Shown here: positions 22,207-30,301 of the stretch, in pieces
Numbering within the stretch: the stretch's first letter is position 1
Layout: every line of letters starts with the position of its first letter
Assembly (NCBI GenBank): GCA_902773065.1
Contig: CACYDD010000087.1
Location: 1 to 34,028, forward strand
Direction: 5' to 3'
Source: an uncultured Ruminococcus sp.
GTDB taxonomy: Bacteria > Bacillota > Clostridia > Oscillospirales > Acutalibacteraceae
Length of the DNA stretch: 34,028 nucleotides
Translations under genes and position numbers: made by a program
The notes under the pieces: generated by a model
Seen by the model: only the letters and a program-made list of their open reading frames with translations
The model's database searches: none
What the model was told of the DNA's origin: nothing

Positions 22207-23493
22207 ATGTCTGAAATTCAAACAAATACAAATACAGAGATCGATTATGACAAAGAATCCGAAAAAATTCTGAAAGAATTTATCGATGAGCTGAATTCTG
22301 TTGATATCGGCAGCGGAGCATATCCGCAGTATGCCTCGACTGACCTGAAATATACAGCAGGACTGCAAAGCAAAAGACTGAACGAAAAAAATGCCGATAT
22401 CCGTTATCATTATATGACAGAATCTGCACCACATGGCAGTGCGGTCAAGTTGGATAAGGATACACGGTATATCACAAGAATGCCCTTTTACATAATGAAC
22501 AGTCAGACGGAGTATTCTGTTGGCGGCAGGGTGAAAAAGAAAGATAAGCTGCAAAAAACAATGTATGCCAATGTGATATGGCTGATCGATCAGAATAAGG
22601 ATGAATCCTATTGCTGCCCGAACTGCGGTGCGGTCAGTACTGTCAAAAAGCTTCTTGCCGGATGCCCTTACTGCAAAACCAGATTTATCATGTCCGATCT
22701 GTTTCCGAAAATCACCAACTACTATGACCGCAGGGCGAAGGAAACAATCAATTCAACGGTTCTTCCGTTTTCCATGCTCGGAATCCTGATCGTGCTGGTA
22801 GTGTACGGCTTTTACAGCTATGATACTTTAACAACCGTTTTTACATCTGATGATATGACACAAAAAATCATACAGGGTATTTTGCTTTTGGGATGTGCTG
22901 TGATCGGATTTCTTGCGGGATATATTCTGAAAGTTGTGGCGAACATCATATATGTTTTGTTATATACGATCGTTTTTCTTCCGAGTTTGTTCCGCCTGAT
23001 CAAAACAAAGCGGAAACTTCCGGAATTTATGCGGGGGTTTGAGAAGAATTTTACACTTGATCACTTTATCGGAAAGCTGATCTACCTGATCCGAACGATG
23101 GTGTATAGTGACAATTACGACAACTGCGCTGTTTATTGCGGTGAACCGACCGAGAACCGGTGTAAGGATATCATTGATATGACTTATTTCGGATTTGTGG
23201 ATGCAAAGGATTTCTATATCGAAAATGATTATGCCTATGTAAATATGGATGTCCGTATGTATACCATTAATTGCAAAGGACGTCATATTTCAAAAAAATC
23301 AGAAGTGTTCGATCTTCTGATCTACAAGAGTATTCATGCCGAAAATGATTACGGATTTTCGATTCACAAGATCGAATGTAAAAATTGCGGCTCCAGTTTT
23401 GATGCAACAAAAGAAAAATATTGTCCGTTCTGTAAGTCGGGATATAATCTTCCCGATTATGACTGGGTAATAAAGGAATTTAAAAGGAAATAA
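22207..23493 (+). CDS. membrane protein with two CxxC-x(n)-CxxC zinc-ribbon motifs, function unknown
   Basis: The 428-aa ORF has AAGGAG 8 nt upstream. It contains CPNCG...CPYCK, then about three TM helices, then a soluble domain ending in CKNCG...CPFCK. Confidence 0.75.
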   Translation: MSEIQTNTNTEIDYDKESEKILKEFIDELNSVDIGSGAYPQYASTDLKYTAGLQSKRLNEKNADIRYHYMTESAPHGSAVKLDKDTRYITRMPFYIMNSQTEYSVGGRVKKKDKLQKTMYANVIWLIDQNKDESYCCPNCGAVSTVKKLLAGCPYCKTRFIMSDLFPKITNYYDRRAKETINSTVLPFSMLGILIVLVVYGFYSYDTLTTVFTSDDMTQKIIQGILLLGCAVIGFLAGYILKVVANIIYVLLYTIVFLPSLFRLIKTKRKLPEFMRGFEKNFTLDHFIGKLIYLIRTMVYSDNYDNCAVYCGEPTENRCKDIIDMTYFGFVDAKDFYIENDYAYVNMDVRMYTINCKGRHISKKSEVFDLLIYKSIHAENDYGFSIHKIECKNCGSSFDATKEKYCPFCKSGYNLPDYDWVIKEFKRK

Positions 23494-23498
23494 AAATA

Positions 23499-23527
23499 TT
23501 GCAAAAAATATAAGAAGGTGTTAAAAT
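23499..23527 (+). promoter_or_regulatory. promoter TTGCAA-N17-TAAAAT for nnr
   Basis: The -35 is at 23499..23504 and the -10 at 23522..23527. Confidence 0.5.
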
Positions 23528-23565
23528 ATATTAGTATTATATAACTAACGGCGGAGGGGTTTTGA

Positions 23566-25089
23566 ATGATCATTGTTGAAAGCGGTGAAATCAAAAATAT
23601 GGAAAGGGCTGCCGTAAGACAGGGTGTGTCTCTTTCTCATCTGATGGAGCAGGCAGGTGCTGCGGTGGCAGAACTGTCTGCAAAAATCATTACGGAAAAA
23701 AAGCTGAAAAAGGTAACAGTTCTGTGCGGTAAAGGAAACAACGGCGGCGACGGTTTTGTCATTGCGAGGTTTTTGTCGCTGATGTGTGATGTTTCTGTTG
23801 TAGTTGCTGACGGATATCCTGTAACCGACCTTGCGAAGCTGAATTTGAATTTGATTCCTGATAAAGTAAAGGTACACATTTATTCGGAGAAATCTGACGA
23901 ATGTGTTTCTGATGTAATGGGAGCGGATATTATTATTGATGCAATTTATGGGATAGGTTTCAGAGATTCTCTTTCACCTGCCTGCGACGAAATAATCAAT
24001 ATAGCTAACCGTAACCTCAGTGCAGTAAGAATTGCGGTCGATGTTCCCAGCGGAGCAGTCTGCGATACAGGAGAAGTTCCCGATGAGTGTTTCAGAGCGG
24101 ATTATACGGTTACGTTTACGGCATTGAAGCCGCTTCATGTGCTTTATCCTGCTGCGGATTACTGCGGAGAGGTTTCTGTGAAAAAGGTAGGAATACCGAA
24201 AAATATCATTGATCAGTGTACCTATACGATGAAAACAACGGATGAGTTTGTGCAGACACATCCGCTGAAAGTGCCGGGAAAAGCGGCACACAAGGGCAGC
24301 AACGGTACATTACTGTCAGTTTGCGGCAGCTATGGCATGGCAGGGGCTGCTGTGCTTTCAGGTATGGCGGCTCTTCGCTGCGGAGCAGGGCTGCTGAGAC
24401 TTGCTCTTCCCGAATCGATTTATCCGATCGCTGCTGCAAAGCTGACCGAGGCGGTTTTTCTTCCGCTGTCTGAGTCTTCAGATGGTCTGATCAGTGTCAA
24501 TGCGTTTGATAAATTACAAATGGAGATACTGGAACGCTGCACAGCACTTCTGATCGGCTGCGGTCTGGGACAGAATGATGATATGCCCAGTCTTGTTTCT
24601 GCAATGCTGTCAACTTCCGACAAGCCGGTTATTTTAGATGCGGACGGCATAAATGCGGTTGCACCGAATATAGATATATTAAGGCAAACCAACGCACCTG
24701 TGATCCTTACACCGCATCCCGGAGAGATGGCAAGGCTTACAGGCACGGATATAACTAATGTTCAGAAAAACAGATATCAGATCGCTAAGAATTTTGCCGC
24801 TGAATATGGTGTTATAGTTGTACTCAAAGGTGCGAATACGATTATCGCTTTGCCGGACGGAAATGCTTATGTCAATCTGACAGGCAACAACGGCATGGCT
24901 AAGGGCGGTAGCGGTGACGTTCTGGCAGGAATGATCGGTGCATTTCTTGCTCAGGGAAATGATCCTGATACAGCGGCAATTAATGCGGTGTACTATCATG
25001 GTATTCTTGGTGACAGGTGCACGGAGAAATATTCCGCAAGAACCATGCTGCCAACTGATATGATTGAAGAGATCCGATACGTGCTGTGA
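23566..25089 (+). CDS. nnr: bifunctional NAD(P)H-hydrate repair enzyme (epimerase / ADP-dependent dehydratase)
   Basis: The YjeF_N motif is CGKGNNGGDGFV. The C-terminal carbohydrate-kinase-like domain carries HKGSNGTLL and GGSGDVLAGMIG. GGAGGGG lies 6 nt upstream. Confidence 0.9.
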   Translation: MIIVESGEIKNMERAAVRQGVSLSHLMEQAGAAVAELSAKIITEKKLKKVTVLCGKGNNGGDGFVIARFLSLMCDVSVVVADGYPVTDLAKLNLNLIPDKVKVHIYSEKSDECVSDVMGADIIIDAIYGIGFRDSLSPACDEIINIANRNLSAVRIAVDVPSGAVCDTGEVPDECFRADYTVTFTALKPLHVLYPAADYCGEVSVKKVGIPKNIIDQCTYTMKTTDEFVQTHPLKVPGKAAHKGSNGTLLSVCGSYGMAGAAVLSGMAALRCGAGLLRLALPESIYPIAAAKLTEAVFLPLSESSDGLISVNAFDKLQMEILERCTALLIGCGLGQNDDMPSLVSAMLSTSDKPVILDADGINAVAPNIDILRQTNAPVILTPHPGEMARLTGTDITNVQKNRYQIAKNFAAEYGVIVVLKGANTIIALPDGNAYVNLTGNNGMAKGGSGDVLAGMIGAFLAQGNDPDTAAINAVYYHGILGDRCTEKYSARTMLPTDMIEEIRYVL

Positions 25090-25124
25090 TTCTGAACCGT
25101 GAAGGTGATCGATTGAATAAGCTT

Positions 25125-25577
25125 ATGGCAGTGTTTGTGACAGGTCTTTCGCTTCTATGCTTTACATCCTGCGGCATGGAAGAACAGTCGGCGCCGCCGC
25201 TGACTGTTTCGGCGAAGAAAGACTGCGTTGTAAAATACGGCGGCGAGGAATACAAATGCAGTATAAAGTATATCAGCAGTTCGGTTGAAAGTATTACGGT
25301 GAAATCACCTGAAAATATTTCGGGGATGACATTCAGACATTCAGGCGGAAAATTTACGCTATCTTACGGAACGCTGATCTGCAAAAGCGAGGAGCTTCTT
25401 CTGCCTGAAAATTCTTTTCCGTACAAAACCTCGGCAGTGCTGAAAAAACTCAGGAAAAATAAGGACACCATTACACTTTCGCCTGATGAAAACGGGGGAT
25501 ACAGCTATAAAGACAAAGCCTCCGATTTTACGGTCAGAACCGATAAAAACGGAGTGCTGAAAGAAATTATTCTATAA
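25125..25577 (+). CDS. small lipoprotein, function unknown
   Basis: The sequence MAVFVTGLSLLCFTSCG has a lipobox (L-C-F-T-S-C). The track uses a GTG at 25086 that overlaps the nnr stop, and that start remains possible. Confidence 0.7.
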   Translation: MAVFVTGLSLLCFTSCGMEEQSAPPLTVSAKKDCVVKYGGEEYKCSIKYISSSVESITVKSPENISGMTFRHSGGKFTLSYGTLICKSEELLLPENSFPYKTSAVLKKLRKNKDTITLSPDENGGYSYKDKASDFTVRTDKNGVLKEIIL

Positions 25578-25582
25578 TCAAA

Positions 25583-25630
25583 AAAGCTGACAGCGGTGAT
25601 TTTTTCTTCGCGGTCAGCTTTTATGTTTTT
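25583..25630 (+). terminator. rho-independent terminator after the lipoprotein gene
   Basis: The stem pairs aaagctgac with gtcagcttt and is followed by TTATGTTTTTT. Confidence 0.6.
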
Positions 25631-25769
25631 TAACCATTAGTATATGAAATGGATAGATTTGAACCTTGTTTATTAATAAATAATGAAAAATGAATAGTAC
25701 AGAAATGCCCGAAAGGAACATTATTTTTTTATGATAGGTCAGATTAAACCAAAAGCATATTACGCGTTA

Positions 25770-25833
25770 CGCGGCAAAAAAATTTCGCATTTGACAAAAG
25801 TCAAACGCGAAACTGACTGCGGAGGCACTCCGC
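25770..25833 (-). repeat. dispersed intergenic repeat, copy E (subfamily 1), abutting the 3' end of tRNA-Val
   Basis: The minus strand reads GCGGAGTGCCTCCGC AGTCAGTTTCGCG ... TTTTTGCCGCG. The hairpin starts 1 nt after the tRNA CCA. Confidence 0.7.
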
Positions 25834-25834
25834 C

Positions 25835-25910
25835 TGGTGGGAACAACAGGGCTCGAACCTGTGACCCTCTGCTTGTAAGGCAGATGCTCTCCCAGCTGAG
25901 CTATGCTCCC
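25835..25910 (-). tRNA. tRNA-Val (anticodon UAC), CCA encoded
   Basis: The reverse complement is GGGAGCATAGCTCAGCTGGGAGAGCATCTGCCTTACAAGCAGAGGGTCACAGGTTCGAGCCCTGTTGTTCCCACCA. It folds into a cloverleaf with a 7-bp acceptor stem, the anticodon loop CTTACAA, and a GTTCGAG T-loop; total length is 76 nt. Confidence 0.92.
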
Positions 25911-25940
25911 ATATTCAATTCCTTTAGCGGAACGATTGTT

Positions 25941-25969
25941 ATTATAGCACATCAAAATACAAATTGCAA
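25941..25969 (-). promoter_or_regulatory. consensus promoter TTGCAA-N17-TATAAT for tRNA-Val
   Basis: On the minus strand the -35 is at 25969..25964 and the -10 at 25946..25941. This gives a leader of about 24 nt before the mature tRNA 5' end. Confidence 0.55.
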
Positions 25970-25987
25970 GTGTTTTTTGAAAAAAAT

Positions 25988-26512
25988 TTAAAATTTTCCA
26001 AAAAGTTTGGTTGAATTTTCTTTTGATATCATCGCAAAGATTTTTTTGTTGGTTTTATACACAATAACAGGGTCTCCCGGTTGGAGATAGGGAAAATCAC
26101 CTGAATTATGTGAATGGAAAGGAATACTTTTGCAATACTGCTTGCTGTGCGGAAGCCATACTGATACATACCATGTGTTTTTGCTGCTGTCACTATGGGA
26201 TTTGGATTTTCCGACAGCCTGACCGTAACAGATGCCGAAATCGTTTCGGAACAGATTGATAATTTCAGGAATCATCATCAACGCAGGAATCAGACATAAA
26301 AGATATGCGTAGATAATTGCTTGATAGAAAATGAGAATACCTAAAAGAACAGCTGTGAAAACTGACAGAAAAATCAATCCGCCGGCAGAGGATTCGTTTC
26401 TCAGCTTTTTGATTTCCGCATATTCTTCGGGTGTGGGGTCCTGAAACATAATTTCTTTCGCCTTTACCTGATAGCGGCTGAAATCAGTATTCATAATTTC
26501 CTCTTTATCCAT
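25988..26512 (-). CDS. membrane protein, function unknown
   Basis: The 174-aa ORF has GGAGGAG 6 nt upstream and two central TM helices. Confidence 0.7.
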   Translation of the reverse strand: MDKEEIMNTDFSRYQVKAKEIMFQDPTPEEYAEIKKLRNESSAGGLIFLSVFTAVLLGILIFYQAIIYAYLLCLIPALMMIPEIINLFRNDFGICYGQAVGKSKSHSDSSKNTWYVSVWLPHSKQYCKSIPFHSHNSGDFPYLQPGDPVIVYKTNKKIFAMISKENSTKLFGKF

Positions 26513-26664
26513 CTGGTTCTCCTCCGTAAATATTGATTGGGCTAATTATAACACGAGGAAACACAAAATGTATGAATTATTTATTAAACTTTTCATACAG
26601 GAATGGAATATTTTTCTTGTATTTGCTATAATACAATTATAATTGTATGAAAGGGCGGAATTTT

Positions 26665-27147
26665 ATGAAAAACGAGCTGACAACATTATGCTATATTGAA
26701 AAAGACGGGAAATATCTGATGCTTCACAGAAACAAGAAAAAGAATGACCCGAACCATGATTTGTGGCTCGGGATCGGAGGACATTTTGAAGAGGGGGAAA
26801 GTCCCGAAGAATGTGTTGTGCGTGAAGTGAAAGAGGAAAGCGGACTGACACTTACAGATTTCGCTTTGCGTGGTGTAATTACATTTTCGGATAATGATTG
26901 GTACGAATATATGTTTCTGTTTTCCGCAGACGGTTTCGAGGGGGAAATCACTGAATGTGATGAAGGCGAGCTTGTCTGGGTGGAAAAAGAGAAAGTACTT
27001 GGTGAACTTCCGATATGGGAAGGGGATAAAATATTTCTCGGACTGATGGAAAAAAGCGAACCGTTCTTTTCGTTGAAACTGAGATACGAAAACAGGATTC
27101 TGAAATATGCGCTTCTGAACAATACAGATTTAAAGCTGTCATGTTAA
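26665..27147 (+). CDS. NUDIX hydrolase (MutT / 8-oxo-dGTP diphosphatase-like)
   Basis: The Nudix box is GGHFEEGESPEECVVREVKEESGL. The ATG at 26665 has an upstream AAGGG, while the track start 26647 has no RBS. Confidence 0.85.
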   Translation: MKNELTTLCYIEKDGKYLMLHRNKKKNDPNHDLWLGIGGHFEEGESPEECVVREVKEESGLTLTDFALRGVITFSDNDWYEYMFLFSADGFEGEITECDEGELVWVEKEKVLGELPIWEGDKIFLGLMEKSEPFFSLKLRYENRILKYALLNNTDLKLSC

Positions 27148-27244
27148 TATATACTGTAAAGTGAGTTATTATTAAAGAAATTTGGATGGCAGGAATAAAT
27201 GTGCCTTAAGTAAGAAAGTGGTGACCGTAGAGATCGGATACATG

Positions 27245-27358
27245 AATTGACAGCGGAGGCACGTTAGTATAAAATAATTTTGGAAGTTTTATGGCGCGGC
27301 AAAAAATAATGGTTTTCTATGAAACTTGAGCGCGAAATAGTCCTGTGCGGTCACGCAC
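27245..27358 (-). repeat. dispersed intergenic repeat, copy D (subfamily 2, inverted orientation)
   Basis: The reverse complement contains the hairpin gtgcg tgac cgcac, then TTTCGCGCTCAAGTTTCATAGAAAACCATTATTTTTTGCCGCG, and further on CCTCCGCTGTCAATTC. These modules also occur in copy C at 3552..3623. Confidence 0.65.
27247..27275 (+). promoter_or_regulatory. candidate promoter P1 upstream of the fab operon (TTGACA-N17-TAAAAT)
   Basis: The -35 is at 27247..27252 and the -10 at 27270..27275. The -35 is supplied by the ATTGACAGCGGAGG repeat module. Confidence 0.4.
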
Positions 27359-27387
27359 TTGACAAATTGTGGGATTTGGTATAAAAT
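27359..27387 (+). promoter_or_regulatory. candidate promoter P2 upstream of the fab operon (TTGACA-N17-TAAAAT)
   Basis: The -35 is at 27359..27364 and the -10 at 27382..27387, about 108 nt upstream of the fabH ATG. Confidence 0.5.
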
Positions 27388-27495
27388 TAGAAAGATAGAA
27401 TAGATAGATATGATTTAGTAATTGTGCCTAAATATTTGTATCGTTACAGAGGAAATTTTTAATCATAATTTTAAGTTTTACGGAGGTCTGACAAA

Positions 27496-28458
27496 ATGAG
27501 TTTTACGATTCTGGGAACAGGTAAGGCAGTTCCTGAGTATGTGATGAAAAATGATGAGCTTTCAACAATGGTTGAAACTAATGACGAATGGATTCGTACA
27601 AGAACAGGTATAGAGGAACGCCATATCGCCAAAAGCGAAACAATTACTCAGCTTTGCGTTGAAGCAGCAAACAACGCACTTGAAAATGCAGGGGTAAAAC
27701 CTGAAGAACTTGACCTGATTATCTGCTCTACCATGAGGGGAGAAAATATCACTCCGTCTCAAGGCTGTATGATACAGAAAGAAATAGGTGCTTCTTGCCC
27801 TGCTTTTGATGTCAATGCGGCTTGCTCGGGCTTCATTTATGCCCTCGATATTGCGGCAGGCTATTTTGAAAGAAAAAGAGTTAAAAAAGCACTGATCGTT
27901 TCGATGGATAATCTGTCCAATATTACTGACTGGACAGACCGTTCCACCTGCGTACTTTTCGGTGACGGCGGTGCAGCAGCAGTTCTCGGAGAGGGCAATG
28001 ACCTCCTGTCAATTCACCTTACCGCTGTCGGCAATGACGATGCGATCAGAATACCGCACGGTACAAATTCTTCACCGTTCTATGAGCATGAGGAAGAAAA
28101 AGCTGTTCTGCATATGGCAGGCAACGAAGTATATAAATTTGCAACTGCTGCTATGGCAAACGGCATTAAAAAAGCTGTTGCGGATGCAGGTCTGGAACAG
28201 AGTGACGTTGACTGCGTTGTACCGCACCAGGCTAATATCAGAATCATCAATACTGCTGCGAAAAACCTTGACATTCCGAGAGAAAAATTCTTCTGCAATG
28301 TTCAGCATTACGGAAATACTTCCTCAGGAAGTGTACCGATCGCTCTTGACGAAGCAAACCGCTCAGGTGTACTGAAAAAAGGCGACATTGTGGCACTGTG
28401 TGCTTTTGGCGGAGGACTTACAACAGGCAGCTGCGTAATACGCTGGAACAAGGATTAA
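27496..28458 (+). CDS. fabH: 3-oxoacyl-ACP synthase III
   Basis: The catalytic Cys is in AACSGF, the His in PHQAN, and the Asn in YGNTSSGS. GGAGG lies 8 nt upstream. Confidence 0.92.
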   Translation: MSFTILGTGKAVPEYVMKNDELSTMVETNDEWIRTRTGIEERHIAKSETITQLCVEAANNALENAGVKPEELDLIICSTMRGENITPSQGCMIQKEIGASCPAFDVNAACSGFIYALDIAAGYFERKRVKKALIVSMDNLSNITDWTDRSTCVLFGDGGAAAVLGEGNDLLSIHLTAVGNDDAIRIPHGTNSSPFYEHEEEKAVLHMAGNEVYKFATAAMANGIKKAVADAGLEQSDVDCVVPHQANIRIINTAAKNLDIPREKFFCNVQHYGNTSSGSVPIALDEANRSGVLKKGDIVALCAFGGGLTTGSCVIRWNKD

Positions 28459-28479
28459 TGAGGAATTAGGAATGAGGAA
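28459..28479 (+). repeat. heptanucleotide tandem array TGAGGAA TTAGGAA TGAGGAA directly after the fabH stop codon
   Basis: The array starts at the nucleotide after the TAA (28456..28458). The 17-mer at 28466..28482 is identical to 4790..4806 (TTAGGAATGAGGAATGG). Confidence 0.8.
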
Positions 28480-28540
28480 TGGATGCTGATTCCAAACTTC
28501 ATTCGGGAATTCATTGACTACTGACATTGGAGGAAAAAAT

Positions 28541-29440
28541 ATGGGTAAAACAGTATTCGTCTTTTCGGGACAGGGTGCACAGTATCCCGGAATGGGAAAA
28601 TTACTTTACGAAACCTCAGCGGCTGCAAAGGCTGTATTTGATATGGCAGAAAGTATTCGCCCGGGAACGATCAGACAGTGCTTTGAGGGCACAAAAGAAG
28701 AACTGGCAATTACGATCAATACACAGCCCTGTGTTTTTACAGCTGATTTAGCCGCTGCAGCTGCGGTTGCAGAAAAAGGGATCAAACCTGATTTTGTAGC
28801 AGGATTTTCACTTGGCGAAATTGCAGCATTGGCTTTTTCGGGTATTCTTTCCTATGAAGAAGCGTTTAAACTGGTCTGCAAAAGGGCAGAATTTATGGAT
28901 AAGGCAGCAAATGCCGACAAGGGTGCAATGGCAGCGGTGCTGAAACTGACACCTGAGAAGGTTGAAGAAATCTGCAGAGGCTTTAACAGAGCCTATCCTG
29001 TCAATTATAACAGTCCGGCACAGACAGTCGTTGCGGCAGCAGAGGATGAAATTGATGCACTTTGTGCAAAAGTGAAAGAAGAAAAGGGCAAGGCGGTCAA
29101 GCTGGCAGTAAGCGGTGCGTTCCATTCTCCGTTTATGGCACAGGCTTCAGAGGAACTGGCAAAATATCTTGAAGATGTAGAACTGAAAGAGCCGACAGTG
29201 CCGGTTTACTCCAACTATACGGCAAAACCGTATGAGGGAGACTACAAAGCTTTGATCGCGGCTCAGGTGCAGAACCCTGTAAAATGGCAGACAACGGTTG
29301 AAAACCTTGTTGCAGAGGGCGCAGACAGATTTATCGAAGTGGGTGTCGGCAAAACACTGACAGGTCTGATCAAAAAAATCAATGCCGAAGTAACAGCGGT
29401 AAATATAGAAAATAAGGAGGGACTTGATTCTCTTAGCTGA
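28541..29440 (+). CDS. fabD: malonyl-CoA:ACP transacylase
   Basis: The motifs are FVFSGQGAQYPGMG, the GFSLGE active-site Ser, and GAFHSP. GGAGG lies 7 nt upstream of the ATG at 28541; the track start is an upstream TTG. Confidence 0.92.
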   Translation: MGKTVFVFSGQGAQYPGMGKLLYETSAAAKAVFDMAESIRPGTIRQCFEGTKEELAITINTQPCVFTADLAAAAAVAEKGIKPDFVAGFSLGEIAALAFSGILSYEEAFKLVCKRAEFMDKAANADKGAMAAVLKLTPEKVEEICRGFNRAYPVNYNSPAQTVVAAAEDEIDALCAKVKEEKGKAVKLAVSGAFHSPFMAQASEELAKYLEDVELKEPTVPVYSNYTAKPYEGDYKALIAAQVQNPVKWQTTVENLVAEGADRFIEVGVGKTLTGLIKKINAEVTAVNIENKEGLDSLS

Positions 29441-29457
29441 GTATCAGGGGAACAATT

Positions 29458-30204
29458 ATGTTTGAATTAACCGGTAAAACCGCAATTATAACAGGTGCAT
29501 CAAGAGGAATCGGCAAGGCGATTGCGCTGAAATATGCCGATCTTGGTGCGAATATTGCATTTCTGCATTTTGGTGACGGCGAAAATGCGGTGCAAACTGA
29601 AAAAGAACTTGCAGAAAAGGGCGTTAAGGTAAAGGCTTACGAATGTAATGTTGCTGATGCGGAAGCTTCTGCGAAAGTTGTTGAGGAAATTATTGCCGAA
29701 TTCGGTGAGGTTCATATCCTTGTCAACAATGCAGGTATTGTCAGAGATACGCTGATTCTTTCCATGAAGGAAGCGGATTTCGATGCGGTTATCAATGTCA
29801 ACCTTAAAGGCACATTCAATATGACAAAGGCGATTTATAAGCACTTTATGAAAAAGCGCAGAGGAAGAATCATCAACATTTCCTCTATTATTGGCATCAC
29901 AGGCAATGCAGGGCAGGCAAATTATGCTTCTGCAAAGGCAGGTATCATCGGTCTGACAAAATCTGTCGCAAAAGAACTTGGTTCAAGAAATGTCACAGCC
30001 AATGCGATCGCTCCGGGCTTCATCAAAACAGATATGACAGACGGTATGCCCGAAAAGGCGAGAGAAGCGGCTCTTGCAGCAATTCCGCTGAAACGTATGG
30101 GTACAGTGGAGGATATTGCTAATACAGCAGTATTCCTTGCAAGTGACGAGGCTTCCTACATTACCGGCGAAATCATCAAAGTTGACGGCGGAATGGCAAT
30201 ATAA
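29458..30204 (+). CDS. fabG: 3-oxoacyl-ACP reductase
   Basis: The SDR motifs are TGASRGIG, NNAG and YASAKAG. Confidence 0.92.
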   Translation: MFELTGKTAIITGASRGIGKAIALKYADLGANIAFLHFGDGENAVQTEKELAEKGVKVKAYECNVADAEASAKVVEEIIAEFGEVHILVNNAGIVRDTLILSMKEADFDAVINVNLKGTFNMTKAIYKHFMKKRRGRIINISSIIGITGNAGQANYASAKAGIIGLTKSVAKELGSRNVTANAIAPGFIKTDMTDGMPEKAREAALAAIPLKRMGTVEDIANTAVFLASDEASYITGEIIKVDGGMAI

Positions 30205-30222
30205 TGCATAATGCATAATGAA
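30202..30222 (+). repeat. heptanucleotide tandem array TAATGCA TAATGCA TAATGAA beginning with the fabG stop codon
   Basis: TAA occurs at 30202 (the fabG stop), 30209 and 30216, which covers all three frames. Confidence 0.75.
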
Positions 30223-30301
30223 TGTGGATTTGGGAAAATACCATGACAGATTGGTTTATCATAATAAATGACTTACTACTTTAAAGAAAGGAATTAAATA
30301 G

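Noticed and set aside
22114-22554. A 146-aa minus-strand ORF overlapping the promoter and 5' end of the 428-aa gene.
   Set aside because: It overlaps a better-supported plus-strand gene with a consensus promoter and RBS, and its composition looks non-coding.
25731-25991. ORFs of 86 aa (+) and 62 aa (-) over 25731..25991.
   Set aside because: They are translations across tRNA-Val and the adjacent repeat. The tRNA cloverleaf explains the sequence.
27415-27431. A FapR-like operator (TTAGTAATTGTGCCTAA) and a FabT-like half site (TTGACAAATT at 27359..27368) upstream of fabH.
   Set aside because: Only 4-bp arms (TTAG/CTAA) match the FapR palindrome as I recall it. No fapR or fabT gene is present in the window. 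The match is too weak to call.
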